DNA from: Ignavibacteria bacterium
GTDB taxonomy: Bacteria > Bacteroidota > Ignavibacteria > Tepidaquicellales > Tepidaquicellaceae
NCBI GenBank assembly: GCA_016929695.1
Contig: JAFGII010000001.1
Span: 10,629 to 74,628 of the forward strand
DNA: 64,000 nt
Reading direction: 5' to 3'
A model generated the notes under the pieces. That model made no database searches. It had not been told where the DNA came from and saw only the letters and a program-made list of their open reading frames with translations. Numbering within the stretch: the first letter of the stretch is position 1; the number at the start of each line of letters is the position of its first letter. Shown here in pieces: positions 11,301 through 22,007 of the stretch. The translations under genes were made by a program, and so were the position numbers.

Positions 11301-12396
11301 GAATACCTGCAACATTGGGGGAATTTATCACCTGCATTCTTTTTCCGCTGCTTATATTGAAATTAAGCCAGTATATATTTGAATTTGTATAATGGTTGTA
11401 GTAATTTTTGAATTTCTTGGTAACAGAATCATAATCCCATTCCTTGATAGATAAACCGTAAAATAAAAGATAATCGAATTTTCCGACCTGATTTGTCTGA
11501 ACAAAAATCCTGTTTTCGATTAAATCTTCAGGCGGCGGGATAGAATTGTTGTATGGCAGTTCCCTGCCTCCGTTATTAAATATTTTTATTGTAGAAGGCT
11601 CAATATTATCAACGTTAATTCCGGCGTTTTGAAGCAATGTACGGTCAATTTTATAAATACCTGTCTCTTTGATATCAAACTGATAGAAATCTCCGGTAGC
11701 AAGCACACTGCTTTGAAGTGTGGATTTAGGATAATCAATGAAGTCATCTGTTGACCAGTTTAACGCATTCTGATAATTTATTGCAGAACCATGGAAAATG
11801 GATAATTCTTCTTTGGTATTTTTTCTGGAACTGAAAACAGGAGGACTTCCAAATGTTAATCTTACTGTTATTTTAGTAATTTTTCTTGCAACTTTCGTTA
11901 CAGGATTATATGTAACGGGATATATTTTTATATAACCCAGATTCTTGTTTCTGAAAATCCCTCTGTATTCGAAAGAAGCAAATTCTACGGGATAAAATGA
12001 ATTTGTGTTATATATTTTTTCGTTCTTTTCAAATTTGTAGTCGGGTATATTGTCCTTAGGTCTGGTCAAACCGGGTATCGGCTGTATTTCAATATTTCTT
12101 ATTTCTGTATATCTGATGTCGAGAATTTCGACCCTGTTGTTCAAGGAAGAAGGTAAATAAACGGGTATAGCTCTTACTGTAACCTGAGGATATCCGGTTT
12201 TTGATAGTTCAACGACAGAATATTTTGCTATGATATTATTAATATATTCCGGTTCATAAGAAATTTCTACAAATGCATTTGTATTGTTAACAATATTAAT
12301 GTCCGAAAATATGTCAAAATATTCCTGGGCAGAAGAGAGTTTTGTTAATGATAAAATCATTATCAATATCAGGAATCTTATTTTTATTACTCTCAT
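8377..12396 (-). CDS. porU: T9SS C-terminal signal peptidase/sortase PorU (gingipain C25-like)
   Basis: 1339-aa ORF with a signal peptide. C25-like catalytic region (FFGDGSYDF, YVGHGS, TIASCD). C-terminal NYPNPF...GVYLYKIII tail. Adjacent to porV. Confidence 0.8.
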   Translation of the reverse strand: MRVIKIRFLILIMILSLTKLSSAQEYFDIFSDINIVNNTNAFVEISYEPEYINNIIAKYSVVELSKTGYPQVTVRAIPVYLPSSLNNRVEILDIRYTEIRNIEIQPIPGLTRPKDNIPDYKFEKNEKIYNTNSFYPVEFASFEYRGIFRNKNLGYIKIYPVTYNPVTKVARKITKITVRLTFGSPPVFSSRKNTKEELSIFHGSAINYQNALNWSTDDFIDYPKSTLQSSVLATGDFYQFDIKETGIYKIDRTLLQNAGINVDNIEPSTIKIFNNGGRELPYNNSIPPPEDLIENRIFVQTNQVGKFDYLLFYGLSIKEWDYDSVTKKFKNYYNHYTNSNIYWLNFNISSGKRMQVINSPNVAGIQPLYYFYDKFFEKPEILNLGSTGTLWLSQNISYNEGFTFTKQLPGYIQGSDIRLLLRFGNSSSVSAYSQLKDDNSSFLKFYSVYPVSGDFSHFRSYLVEEYYALNSGFSSINLKLSLPAQYNQPNVKGNYDFYEIHYRRSFNSVQNNYLMFTSPDTNTTVEYVVSPYTASGIKVFNVTDNYNVSIINPISFSGGVLRFQDNIEYNNPQRYISVSGENYKTPNLTPGKIPNQNLRGITQGASYIIITPTEFISAANRLKAYRETPGINKLNTLVVDVNQIYNEFSCGVLDPVAIRNFIKHAYINWQEPPVYILFFGDGSYDFKNIYNFSVKNYLPTVQRSTEDINEIYSYPSDDFLADINENNNEPEPAVPDFATGRLCINSINEANIAVDKIIDYENSITNASWKKKLMYVADDGWTTSSPNGEEGSMHTDQCEVIAEIFTPKDFEKEKIYIVTYPTVITPQGRRKPGANVDIIKGWNDGRLVINYVGHGSTDLWAHEHVFVRDESIPQLTNKNKYPLLTIASCDLSRWDDPFLISAGEELVSIKDKGAISVVSSVRPVYSAPNAIFNNKLWEIFMFRKDTLNLPIRFGNAMYLTKNLIPNFSHNDAKFCLIGEPALRISIPQFFTRIDSINNTPYTDTAYIKALQKIKISGSILRPDSTFWSDFNGEMDLKVFDVDKKIDIIDFSVHFIFTLDGGKIFSGKTNISNGKWHIEFIVPKDISYGSGSGKILAYFKDQINQGSGYNKRFVINGIDSNAAIDTTGPEITLFMDTRNFRSGDLVNQDTKIIADFYDESGINLTGTTGHKIDGIINDEENNKLDLTQYYNTTSGYQYGTLEYPLQNLIDGKYTLKVKAWDTYNNPSETEIIFQVKNNTALFVNNVTNYPNPFKENTSFIFQHNFDSPLSAEIKIYTVGGKLIKEISRNNLLDKNVIIEWDGRDADGDAIANGVYLYKIIIKTADGGFTNSSIQKIVKLK

Positions 12397-12420
12397 AGTA
12401 TATATTTTATATAAATAATA

Positions 12421-12476
12421 TAAAAAAAACCATTCATTAAAGTTAATTATATTTCTCTTACAACTTTAATAAATGG
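12421..12476 (-). terminator. Rho-independent terminator after the rnc operon
   Basis: 15-bp stem (ccattcattaaagtt / aactttaataaatgg, one mismatch) followed on the minus strand by a run of 8 T. Confidence 0.55.
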
Positions 12477-12603
12477 TATACTTTACTTCTATAAAATTAA
12501 TATTTAATTTATGTTTACTTTAATTTAATACAAATATAAATCTACTCAGTTATTTTGTCAATGATTAAATATATTAATTAAAAAATATATATTTATTTAC
12601 TTT

Positions 12604-13422
12604 TCACTTCTTTTTCTTCAGAAGATTAAGTTTTTCTATAACATCAAGATTTTGAAGAGCATTTTTGGCTGCTTCCTGTTCTGCCTGTTTTTTTGATTTA
12701 CCTTTTCCTATACCGAGGCAGTTTTCGGCAAGATGTACTTCTACAGTGAATAATTTATGATGTTCCGGACCTTCTTCTTGTATTACCTTGTATTCAGGTA
12801 TATAATCTGTATGCGCCTGAGAATATTCAAGAAATTTACTTTTATGATTTTCGTCGAACTGATTAAGCCATTTTATATCGAGTTTTACGAATATTTCTTT
12901 GTTAATAAATTTCTTTGCAGATTCATATCCCGAATCCAAAAAAATAGCACCAATCAGAGCTTCATAACCGTCTGCTAATATTGTGTCATAGCCTTCATTA
13001 ATCGATTTCAGTGCTGTATTCGATGCAAGAAGAAAATTTTGAAGTTTTATGTTTTTTGCACGCTCGGCAAGAAACCTTTTGTTGACCAGAATTGACCTGA
13101 ATTTAGTGAGGTCGCCTTCTTCATTGAGCGGAAAATTTTTGAATAAAAATTCGGCTACTATTAAATCAAGAACTGCATCACCGAGAAATTCAAGTCTTTC
13201 ATTGGATATCATATTCTGTTTGAACGGGTCTTTTCTGATTTTAAGAAATGACCTGTGTGTCAGGGCTTTTACAAAATATTTTTTATCAATTATTTTATAA
13301 CCGATATTCTCCTGAAAAAGGTCAAAATCTATTTTTCTTACTGCTTTTGAAAACGATATATCAGCCTTTCCTTCAGTTTTTTTAATTTTGAAAAGCCTGA
13401 TTTTTTTAAAAAATTTAAACAT
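12604..13422 (-). CDS. rnc: Ribonuclease III
   Basis: 272-aa ORF. RNase III signature ERLEFLGDAVLDL and a C-terminal dsRBD (GKGKSKKQAEQEAAKNAL). Confidence 0.9.
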   Translation of the reverse strand: MFKFFKKIRLFKIKKTEGKADISFSKAVRKIDFDLFQENIGYKIIDKKYFVKALTHRSFLKIRKDPFKQNMISNERLEFLGDAVLDLIVAEFLFKNFPLNEEGDLTKFRSILVNKRFLAERAKNIKLQNFLLASNTALKSINEGYDTILADGYEALIGAIFLDSGYESAKKFINKEIFVKLDIKWLNQFDENHKSKFLEYSQAHTDYIPEYKVIQEEGPEHHKLFTVEVHLAENCLGIGKGKSKKQAEQEAAKNALQNLDVIEKLNLLKKKK

Positions 13423-13447
13423 AGAATAATATAACCCGCTTCTTCAA

Positions 13448-14692
13448 TTAATCCAGTTTACTGAAAAGTATAGCAGTATTATGTCCGCCGAAACCTGAAT
13501 TATCCGAAATTATGTGATTAACGTTCATCTTGACCGCATTATTCGGAGCGTAGAACAGGTCGCATTCTTCATCTTTAACTTCGTAATTGATTGTAGGAGG
13601 GATTATGCTGTCTCTGATGCTTAAAATGGCGGAAATCGCCTCAACAGCACCGGCAGCACCAAGTAAATGTCCGACCATTGATTTTATTGAATGTACCGGA
13701 ATTTTATATGCCCTTTCACCAAAAACTGATTTAATTGCTGCTGTTTCGTTCTTGTCGTTATAAGGTGTGGATGTACCGTGTGCATTAATTGCATCTATAT
13801 CATCAGGAGATAAACCCGCATCTTGAATTGCAAGTTTAATTGCTGATGCAACACCTTCACCGTTAGGTGCCGGCTCGGTTATATGAAATGCGTCTGCTGT
13901 CAGTCCAAAACCTGCTAACTCACAGTAAATTTTTGCACCTCGCTTGACTGCGTGTTCATATTCTTCCAGTACTATGGTACCAGCACCTTCACCCATAACG
14001 AATCCGTCTCTTAATTTGTCAAATGGCCTTGATGCTTTTTGTGGTTCATCGTTCCTTGTGGATATGGCGCGCATGGCGTTAAATCCGCCGACGCCCATTG
14101 GACAAATAACGGACTCTGCTCCGCCTGTTATCATTATATCGGCATAGTTATGTCTTATATACATAAGTGAATCAATTATAGCATTCGCCGATGTCGCACA
14201 GGCGGATGTAGTAGCATAGTTCGGTCCTTTGAAACCGTAAATCATTGATATTCTGCCTGCTGCAATATCTGATATCAGCATTGGTATAAAAAATGGACTT
14301 ATTCTGTCGGGAACGCCGTTTCTTGCAATTAGATTGTTTTGCTGTTTGTCGTAAGTCCACATACCGCCAATACCGGAACCAATAATTACACCTGCACGTT
14401 CAAGATTTATTTTTTCAAGGTTTATTGCAGAATCTTTAATTGCTTCTTCTGTCGCTATGATTGAATACTGACAGAACAGGTCAGTTCTCTGGGATAACTT
14501 CCTGTCCATATAATCGGCTGCATTATATCCTTTTATTTCCGCGGCTATTTTCGTGTCAAAATTCGTTGCGTCGAATGATTTTATGTGGTCAACTCCGCTT
14601 TTTCCGTCAACTAAAGATTTCCAGGTTTCATGAACATTTAATCCAACTGGAGTAAATGTTCCTAAACCGGTAACTGCTACTCTTCTTCTCAT
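13448..14692 (-). CDS. fabF: Beta-ketoacyl-ACP synthase II
   Basis: 414-aa ORF. RRVAVTGLG start, active-site ACATS, HGTSTP and GHLLGAAG motifs. Downstream of acpP. Confidence 0.92.
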   Translation of the reverse strand: MRRRVAVTGLGTFTPVGLNVHETWKSLVDGKSGVDHIKSFDATNFDTKIAAEIKGYNAADYMDRKLSQRTDLFCQYSIIATEEAIKDSAINLEKINLERAGVIIGSGIGGMWTYDKQQNNLIARNGVPDRISPFFIPMLISDIAAGRISMIYGFKGPNYATTSACATSANAIIDSLMYIRHNYADIMITGGAESVICPMGVGGFNAMRAISTRNDEPQKASRPFDKLRDGFVMGEGAGTIVLEEYEHAVKRGAKIYCELAGFGLTADAFHITEPAPNGEGVASAIKLAIQDAGLSPDDIDAINAHGTSTPYNDKNETAAIKSVFGERAYKIPVHSIKSMVGHLLGAAGAVEAISAILSIRDSIIPPTINYEVKDEECDLFYAPNNAVKMNVNHIISDNSGFGGHNTAILFSKLD

Positions 14693-14708
14693 TTAGTTTT
14701 AGATTTTA

Positions 14709-14951
14709 TTATCCTAATTTCTCTTCGATGTATTTAATTGCTTCTCCGACTTTTGAAATTTTTTCCGCGTCTTCGTCAGGGATTTTAATTCCGAATTCCT
14801 CTTCAAATTTCATAACAAGTTCAACAGTATCAAGCGAGTCTGCGCCTAAGTCATTTATGAATGATGCCTCGGGTGTTATTTTACTTTCTTCCACACCCAA
14901 CTTTTCTTTTACAGCATTAATTACTTTTGCTTGAATTTCCTCGTGAGTCAT
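14709..14951 (-). CDS. acpP: Acyl carrier protein
   Basis: 80-aa ORF with the phosphopantetheine site [18 protein letters not shown] lies 9 nt upstream of the ATG. Confidence 0.95.
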   Translation of the reverse strand: MTHEEIQAKVINAVKEKLGVEESKITPEASFINDLGADSLDTVELVMKFEEEFGIKIPDEDAEKISKVGEAIKYIEEKLG

Positions 14952-15152
14952 TTTATTTAGCTCCTTTAATTAATTTTATAATTTTTTTAAACAAAATAAT
15001 TTGAAATATATGGAATTTAACAAATAATTTAAAGTGAAATTATTTTGCGTGTGTTCCGTAACTCTTCAAATATTGTTATACGTTTCACTGCACTCATAAC
15101 TGTTTATTTTATTATACAGTCAGAATTTATACATGCTCAATTTAAAAAATTG

Positions 15153-16232
15153 TTATTGTTCCGAATTCGGCTGATTCCTGTTTTTTTGCTCAATTTCACT
15201 CTCTATGTTTTTTATTTCTTTATTCATATCCCTCAGTTTATGTTCCAAAATTTTCAATTCTGCATCCTTCTGCTTTAGCAGATTCTGTTTCTCTTCAAGT
15301 GTTTTCTCTACATCTGCTTTATCCCAGTAGCCCATATCTTCGAAATAACCTTTAAATAGGAAATTATGTTTTAGTGCTTCCATATTCTGATAAAAACCGA
15401 AGGCGCCTCTTTCAAGATTCTGAGTGGTTTTATTCGCATATTCAATGACTTCCTTAAGATTGTTTGCGAATAAAGTGTCTGTTAATAAAGTACCAACAAG
15501 GCTTTGACTTGAATTAATTTTTTCCGATACTTCTGTAAAATTATTTGTTATTTCAAGCAGATTGGATGATAACTGGTCGAAGTCGGAAGTAATTCTTTCT
15601 ATGGTTTCGCTGAGTTTATTTATAACAGTATTGATTTTCCCGGAATGCGAGGAAAAACTTCTGAAAGTAGAATCGAGAGTATAATAAAGTGTTTCATTAT
15701 TAATCAACTGACCTAATGTGCCTTTGCCTTCATTAACTTTCTGAACAATACCTGATAAGTCACCCGCGAGATTCGAAGCACTTTCGCCTGCTTTGTTCAG
15801 ATTAATGAGAATATCCTCTGTCGTAACGGGTTTAACAGATGCGATAACATCACCGCTTTCAACACTTGAGGAGTTAACTGAACCGGGTGAAATTTCAATT
15901 ATCTTATTTCCGACAAGTCCTTCTGTAACTATGGATACTTTTGAATCTTTCTTTATAAACTCTTTTACTTTTTTATCGATTATCATTACCACTTCAATTT
16001 GATTTCCGCTAATAATATTGATTTCATCTACTGAACCGACCGTTATTCCCGAATAATTTACAAAACTGCCTTCCCTTAAGCCTGCTACGTTTTCAAAGTT
16101 TGATTTTAATTTAAATGTGTCGGAAAATAATTGCTGGCGGCTTCCGATTAAAAATAATACTCCTATAAACAATGCGAATGCTCCGATAACAAACACTCCC
16201 AGTAGAACTGAATTAATTTTTGGTTTTTTCAT
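15153..16232 (-). CDS. MlaD/MCE-domain substrate-binding protein with long C-terminal coiled coil
   Basis: 359-aa ORF. N-terminal TM anchor, MCE-like beta-barrel region (GLREGSFVNYSGITVGSV) and a heptad-rich C-terminus. Last gene of the Mla-like ABC operon. Confidence 0.75.
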   Translation of the reverse strand: MKKPKINSVLLGVFVIGAFALFIGVLFLIGSRQQLFSDTFKLKSNFENVAGLREGSFVNYSGITVGSVDEINIISGNQIEVVMIIDKKVKEFIKKDSKVSIVTEGLVGNKIIEISPGSVNSSSVESGDVIASVKPVTTEDILINLNKAGESASNLAGDLSGIVQKVNEGKGTLGQLINNETLYYTLDSTFRSFSSHSGKINTVINKLSETIERITSDFDQLSSNLLEITNNFTEVSEKINSSQSLVGTLLTDTLFANNLKEVIEYANKTTQNLERGAFGFYQNMEALKHNFLFKGYFEDMGYWDKADVEKTLEEKQNLLKQKDAELKILEHKLRDMNKEIKNIESEIEQKNRNQPNSEQ

Positions 16233-16236
16233 AACA

Positions 16237-16962
16237 TTAAAAAAAAGACTTTATAAAATTGTCATTTGATTTTTCCAGTTCATCGTATGTTCCGTTACAA
16301 ATATATTCACCGTCTTTTAAAATGTAAATCCTATCTGATGTTATTTTTACGCACTCCATATCGTGCGTTACTATCATTGATGTTATATTATGAAGTTTTT
16401 GAATGTCCCTTATGAGTTCGCTTATCTCTCTCGAGGTTGCGGGGTCAAGTCCCGTCGTTGGTTCATCGTATAATACTATCTCAGGATTTAATATCAGTGT
16501 CCTCGCAAGAGCAACGCGTTTTCTCATTCCGCCCGATAATTCGGAAGGCATCTTGTCAATAGCATCTTCCAGACCCACTTCCTTCAGTCTGTTGAATGCC
16601 GCTTCGTCCATTTCATCCTGTTTCAGTTTAAATACTCTTTTCAGAGGAAATTGAAGGTTCTCTCTTACAGACATTGAATCATATAATGCACCGCTTTGAA
16701 AAAGAAATCCCATTCGTTTTCTTAGTTCTGTCATTTCATTACCGGATAAATAAGAAATATCCTGTCCGAAAATTTCTATTTTACCGCTGTCAGCCGGCAA
16801 TAATCCGATTATGCACTGAAGCGTGACGGATTTTCCCGTTCCGGATTTTCCGAGTGTAACTGCATTTTCACCTTTCATCACTTTGATGTTAATGTCTTTC
16901 AGAACGGTTTTATCCCCGAATGATTTCTTAAGATGTTCAATATTTATGACGGTTTCGTTCAT
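16237..16962 (-). CDS. ABC transporter ATP-binding protein (MlaF-like)
   Basis: 241-aa ORF. Walker A GKSGTGKS, signature [13 protein letters not shown] and Walker B VLYDEPT. Confidence 0.85.
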   Translation of the reverse strand: MNETVINIEHLKKSFGDKTVLKDINIKVMKGENAVTLGKSGTGKSVTLQCIIGLLPADSGKIEIFGQDISYLSGNEMTELRKRMGFLFQSGALYDSMSVRENLQFPLKRVFKLKQDEMDEAAFNRLKEVGLEDAIDKMPSELSGGMRKRVALARTLILNPEIVLYDEPTTGLDPATSREISELIRDIQKLHNITSMIVTHDMECVKITSDRIYILKDGEYICNGTYDELEKSNDNFIKSFF

Positions 16963-16964
16963 TA

Positions 16965-17738
16965 TCAGATTATCAGGTTTGTAATTTGAACCGCAATTAA
17001 ATCAAAAATGATTATTAACAGTGAAGACAAGACTACGGCAGAATTAGCCGCTAGACCAACACTTTCCGTACCGCGTGAACAGTTGTAACCTTTGAAGCAA
17101 CCCACTATTCCTATCGAAAATCCAAATACAAATGTTTTTAAAGTTGCCGGAATTACATCTGCAAATCCCAGACTTTCAACTGCTGAATTGAAATAAACTT
17201 TTAAGCTCATACTGCCTTCTATGGACATTGCAATATAACCTCCTGCAATTGCGAGGAAATCGGCATATATCACGAGAAGGGGTAGGGCAATGGTGACTGC
17301 AGTAACTCGCGTGAGAACTAAATATCGGAATGGATTTGTGCCGGATACTTCCATTGCATCTATTTGTTCTGTCACTTTCATTGAACCGAGTTCTGCTCCG
17401 ATTGCGGAGCCAAGTTTGCCCGCACAAATTAATGCTATTATAACGGGACCTATTTCCCTTACAATAGAAATTGAAACCATTGAGGGTATCAGAGTTTCTG
17501 CTCCGAATTTTCCAAGTATGGGACCCATCTGCAAGGACAATGTCAGACCGATTATAAAACCTGTAATACTCACAAGCGGCAGTGATTTATATCCGAGTAC
17601 AAAAAATTGTTTCAGAGTTTCATTTATTTCATAGGGTGGTAAAATGATATTCCTGAAATATTTTATACTGAAATAAAAAAGATTCCAAGCATTTGAAAAA
17701 AATATATTTATCCTGTTATATGCCGGATACATTGTCAT
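16965..17738 (-). CDS. ABC transporter permease (MlaE family)
   Basis: 257-aa polytopic ORF with the EIGPVI and [10 protein letters not shown] motifs typical of MlaE/YrbE permeases. Confidence 0.8.
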   Translation of the reverse strand: MTMYPAYNRINIFFSNAWNLFYFSIKYFRNIILPPYEINETLKQFFVLGYKSLPLVSITGFIIGLTLSLQMGPILGKFGAETLIPSMVSISIVREIGPVIIALICAGKLGSAIGAELGSMKVTEQIDAMEVSGTNPFRYLVLTRVTAVTIALPLLVIYADFLAIAGGYIAMSIEGSMSLKVYFNSAVESLGFADVIPATLKTFVFGFSIGIVGCFKGYNCSRGTESVGLAANSAVVLSSLLIIIFDLIAVQITNLII

Positions 17739-17741
17739 TTA

Positions 17742-18470
17742 TCAGTTCCTCCTGATTTTCAAGTCTATGAAAGGATTTGCTATTCCTACTACTATACCGA
17801 AAGAAAAATCAAGAATATTCGATTTATATTCATCAAATAAATAAGTATATCTTAATTTTATGTGAGGATAGATTAATATTTTATGGTTCCTTATTGAATA
17901 ACCATAACTCATTTCGGGCGATAATCCGTGATTTGATAAATCAGTAAAATAAGACATTCCGTATGAAAAAACTCCGGAAGTCTGAAGTATATTTGAAGGT
18001 TGAATATTTTTTGTAAGATTGTCGTATTTGAATCCAATTCTGAAATGATTCATTCTTAATTCCCTGAACAGAAAAGAATATTCAAATGCAATTCTGTACT
18101 CACCGAAATAACCAAATCCTAAAGATATTTCTTTTGTGATTCCAGAGTTGATTTTGTTGTTTTCATATAAAAATGTGGGATTAAAAATGTACAGGAAAGC
18201 TGCAAGGCTGTATGTAAGAATTTTTGTCGGATTGCCTCCTCTTTCGTATGTTTCTTGTTCTGTATCATTCGTATCTTTAAAGTTGTTATTTAATAGTGAT
18301 GAACCGGAGAATCTGTCTGAAAATTCTTTCCTCTGATTACAACGCTCCGGTGTCATAACCTCTCTCGTTCTCAATACGGGAAACACCTGAGAGTAAGCAT
18401 TATTGCAAACAATTAATATACCGCCTGTAACAAAAAGCAATAATATTATATTCAGCCATTTACTATTCAT
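17742..18470 (-). CDS. Hypothetical outer-membrane protein at the head of the Mla-like operon
   Basis: 242-aa ORF with a signal peptide and an aromatic-rich beta-strand pattern. 8-nt overlap with the end of purL. Confidence 0.4.
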   Translation of the reverse strand: MNSKWLNIILLLFVTGGILIVCNNAYSQVFPVLRTREVMTPERCNQRKEFSDRFSGSSLLNNNFKDTNDTEQETYERGGNPTKILTYSLAAFLYIFNPTFLYENNKINSGITKEISLGFGYFGEYRIAFEYSFLFRELRMNHFRIGFKYDNLTKNIQPSNILQTSGVFSYGMSYFTDLSNHGLSPEMSYGYSIRNHKILIYPHIKLRYTYLFDEYKSNILDFSFGIVVGIANPFIDLKIRRN

Positions 18471-20715
18471 TCATATAATTCTCAATCGTTTCGTAATATA
18501 ACGACTTCAGGTTACTGACAGGCACACTTATTTCATCGTTAATGATACAGCATTTTCCTCCGACGAAACCGATTACTTCGGCGTTAATATTTTTCTTTAC
18601 TGCCATTTCCGTTATAACCGTGACCTTATCCTCTTTAGCGGATATAAGAATTCTCGATTGCGATTCACCGAATAATTCGAAATCTTTTCTGTATTTATAT
18701 TCAAAACCGATTTTACATCCTCTGATGTGATTCGAATTCATTACACAGCATTCGGCGAGCGCCGCGGCAAGTCCACCGTCAGAAATATCGTGAGCGGATT
18801 TTATCAGTCCCTTATCAATCAGTTCGAGTGTTAAATCCTGTAATCTCTGCTCTTCATCTATATTTATATCAGGTGCATCGCCCGCAACTTTATTGTTAAT
18901 AATTTTCAGATATTCGCTTCCGCCGATGTTATTGCACCTTTTTCCTAGGAGAATAATAATGTCGTCATCATTCTTGAAATAGGAAGTCATTATTTTTTTG
19001 TAATCTTCGATTAATCCGAGCATTCCGATTACCGGAGTAGGGTAAACTGCGTATTCTTTTGACTGATTGTAAAAACTTACATTCCCGCCTGTAACGGGTG
19101 TGCCGAGTTTTCTGCAGGCATCGCCTATTCCTCTCACTGCTTCTGCGAACTGGTAATACACTTCGGGGTTATAGGGATTTCCGAAGTTCAGGCAGTTTGT
19201 GATGGCAAGTGGTTTTCCCCCCGTGCAGACCACGTTCCTTGCACTTTCGCATACTGCAATCATTCCGCCTTTATAGGGATTCAGATAAACGTATCTGCCG
19301 TTGCAGTCCGTCTTCATTGACAAACACTTATCTGTATGCTTAATTCTCAATACCGATGCATCTCCTCCCGGCATAATCAGAGTATTTGTTCTCACTTCAG
19401 TGTCATACTGCTCATAGACCCATTTCTTATTTGCTATATTAGGAGAAGTGAATATTTTTTTAAATGCTTCCGTATATCTGACCGGTTCTTTAACAGAATA
19501 CGGGTCAAAGTTCATTGTATCATTAAGGTATTCAGGTTTTTTTGTCTCTCTTTTATAAACAGGAGCACCTCCGCCGAGAACAAGCACGTCAGCGGGAACA
19601 TCCGCTTCGAGTTTTCCTTTGTAATGAATTATTAGTCTGTCTTCGGGAATTACTTCGCCGACCTGCACGCAGTTCAGGTCCCATTTGGCAAAAATATCCT
19701 TGACAATCTGTTCTTTTCCTTTTTCCGCAACGAGCAGCATTCTTTCCTGAGATTCCGAAAGCATTATTTCATAAGCGGACATATTTTTATCGCGCAGAGG
19801 AACCAAATCAAGATTGATTTTCATACCGCATTTCCCCTTGGCACTCATTTCGCTTGAAGAGCATGTGATTCCCGCCGCACCCATATCCTGTATTCCGACT
19901 ATCGCACCGCTTCTTATAACTTCAAGAGACGCTTCGAGTAAAAGTTTTTCCGTAAACGGGTCGCCGACCTGCACGGAAGGTCTCTTGGATTCGGATGCTT
20001 CGGAGATTTCTTCCGATGCGAAAGTGGCGCCGTGGATACCGTCTTTTCCTGTTGACGAGCCGACTATGAAAACCGGATTTCCTTCACCCTTTGCTGTGGC
20101 TGATGCCGTCTGATTATGTTTGACTATTCCAACTGCCATAGCATTAACAAGAGGATTATCGTGATAGCAGTCTTCGAAATATATTTCTCCGCTGATTGTA
20201 GGAACACCGAAACAGTTTCCGTAATCTCCGATTCCTTTTACGACATTTTTAAATAAATATTTCGAGCGTGTTAATTTTTCTTTGTCATTTTCGCCGTTAC
20301 CTGAGGTAATTCTTCCGAATCGCAGTGAATTAAGCGATGCGACAGGTCTTGCACCCATCGTGAAAATATCCCTTAATATTCCGCCTACGCCCGTAGCCGC
20401 ACCCTGATAGGGTTCAACAGCCGAAGGGTGATTATGCGATTCAATTTTGAAAGCAACCGCAAGTCCGTCTCCGATATCCACAAGACCCGCATTTTCATCT
20501 CCTGCGGAAACCAGAAGTTTTCCGCCGCTTCTCGGGAGAGTCTTGATTTGCAGGATGGAGTTTTTATAAGAACAATGCTCGCTCCACATAACCGAAAAAA
20601 TTCCGAGTTCAGTATAAGTCGGCACTCTTCCTAAAATTTCGAGTATCCTGTTATATTCCTCTTCATTGAGTCCGAGTTCCTGTGCTAAAGAAAAATCAAC
20701 AATTGGTTCAGCCAT
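18463..20715 (-). CDS. purL: Phosphoribosylformylglycinamidine synthase subunit PurL
   Basis: 750-aa [26 protein letters not shown] and GNVSFYN motifs. Length typical of the small-type PurL. Confidence 0.93.
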   Translation of the reverse strand: MAEPIVDFSLAQELGLNEEEYNRILEILGRVPTYTELGIFSVMWSEHCSYKNSILQIKTLPRSGGKLLVSAGDENAGLVDIGDGLAVAFKIESHNHPSAVEPYQGAATGVGGILRDIFTMGARPVASLNSLRFGRITSGNGENDKEKLTRSKYLFKNVVKGIGDYGNCFGVPTISGEIYFEDCYHDNPLVNAMAVGIVKHNQTASATAKGEGNPVFIVGSSTGKDGIHGATFASEEISEASESKRPSVQVGDPFTEKLLLEASLEVIRSGAIVGIQDMGAAGITCSSSEMSAKGKCGMKINLDLVPLRDKNMSAYEIMLSESQERMLLVAEKGKEQIVKDIFAKWDLNCVQVGEVIPEDRLIIHYKGKLEADVPADVLVLGGGAPVYKRETKKPEYLNDTMNFDPYSVKEPVRYTEAFKKIFTSPNIANKKWVYEQYDTEVRTNTLIMPGGDASVLRIKHTDKCLSMKTDCNGRYVYLNPYKGGMIAVCESARNVVCTGGKPLAITNCLNFGNPYNPEVYYQFAEAVRGIGDACRKLGTPVTGGNVSFYNQSKEYAVYPTPVIGMLGLIEDYKKIMTSYFKNDDDIIILLGKRCNNIGGSEYLKIINNKVAGDAPDINIDEEQRLQDLTLELIDKGLIKSAHDISDGGLAAALAECCVMNSNHIRGCKIGFEYKYRKDFELFGESQSRILISAKEDKVTVITEMAVKKNINAEVIGFVGGKCCIINDEISVPVSNLKSLYYETIENYMNE

Positions 20716-20849
20716 ATTTATTTTTATGTTTTACTACAATCTAAAAAAGATTAACATTAAATTGAATGATAAAAAAGGGGAGTTGATTATTTTTTTTTAT
20801 TTCTCCGCGATATTCCGCTTATCCGTTTGTTCCGCGTTCGACTGAAAAA

Positions 20850-22007
20850 TTACTTTCTTATCAAAAAATACAAAGCTACCAAAAAAGCACCTGCCGCGGA
20901 AAAAATAAACATCACCTGCGGACTGAAATTATACCAGAGCAAACCGCCTGCAAAACTTGCCAGCATCAGAGAAATACTGTTGAATGCCGTGTATGTCCCA
21001 ATTGCAGTTGCGGTTTCGCTTTTCGGGACGATGTTCGAAATCCACGCTTTCGAAATTCCCTCCGTTCCCGCCGCATATAATCCGTAAACTGCGAATACTA
21101 TTAAAATCAGAACAATGTTATCGGCAAATGCGATCAGCAGATAAGCAGCGGCAAAAAATAATAAACCGATAATAAAAGTTTTTTTCAGTCCGATTTTATC
21201 CGCAATAATTCCGAATGGAAATGAACTCAACGCATATATCAGATTATAAAAAATATAAATAACGATTAAATACAAATCCGAGTAGCCTTTATACTTCAGC
21301 ATAAGAAGAAGGAATACATCCGAACTGTTGAAAAAAGCAAATGCAAGAAATCCAGCGACGGATTTTTTATATTCAGTTCCGCTTCTTTTGAAATAATAGA
21401 GAAACTCCTTGAATGAATTTCCGCTGAATGTATTGTCCTGCAGAATCTTTTTTTCTTTGATCAAAAAAGTAAATGCAATGCTGATAATTCCCGGAATAAA
21501 GGCGAGATAAAATAAGGTCACGTAATTTTCAGGATAAAAATACAAATAAATCAGTGCAAGTCCCGGACCAAGTACAGCACCGAAAGTATCCAGACTTCTG
21601 TGGAAACCAAATACTTTTCCTTTATTTTCGGAAGTCGTTTCATCGGATAGGATTGCATCTCTCGCACCCGTACGTATTCCTTTCCCGAACCTGTCAAGCG
21701 TTCTGAATGTGAACACCCAGTAAATATTCGTAAAGAGTGCAATCAGCGGTTTTGAAACCGCACTCAGTGCATATCCAGCCCTTACGAAAGGCAGGCGCAT
21801 ACCTTTTTTATCGGAAAGATTTCCGAAATATCCCTTGCTCAATCCCGAAACCGCTTCCGCAATTCCCTCCAGAATTCCGATTGCAACAATTGAAAATCCG
21901 ATACTCTGCAAATAGAGAGGCATCACAGGATACAGCATTTCGCTTGCTATGTCAGTGAAGAAACTTACGAAGGAAAGCAGTATAATTGTTTTAGTAAGAT
22001 ATTTCAA
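20850..22007 (-). CDS. MFS transporter
   Basis: 385-aa ORF with about 12 hydrophobic segments and an MFS loop motif (LSDKKGMR, DRFGKGIR). Confidence 0.75.
   Translation of the reverse strand: MKYLTKTIILLSFVSFFTDIASEMLYPVMPLYLQSIGFSIVAIGILEGIAEAVSGLSKGYFGNLSDKKGMRLPFVRAGYALSAVSKPLIALFTNIYWVFTFRTLDRFGKGIRTGARDAILSDETTSENKGKVFGFHRSLDTFGAVLGPGLALIYLYFYPENYVTLFYLAFIPGIISIAFTFLIKEKKILQDNTFSGNSFKEFLYYFKRSGTEYKKSVAGFLAFAFFNSSDVFLLLMLKYKGYSDLYLIVIYIFYNLIYALSSFPFGIIADKIGLKKTFIIGLLFFAAAYLLIAFADNIVLILIVFAVYGLYAAGTEGISKAWISNIVPKSETATAIGTYTAFNSISLMLASFAGGLLWYNFSPQVMFIFSAAGAFLVALYFLIRK

Noticed and set aside
20716-20849. Purine riboswitch upstream of purL
   Set aside because: The spacer shows only weak GGAG/CTCC and CGCG stems. 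I see none of the conserved junction sequence expected of a purine aptamer.
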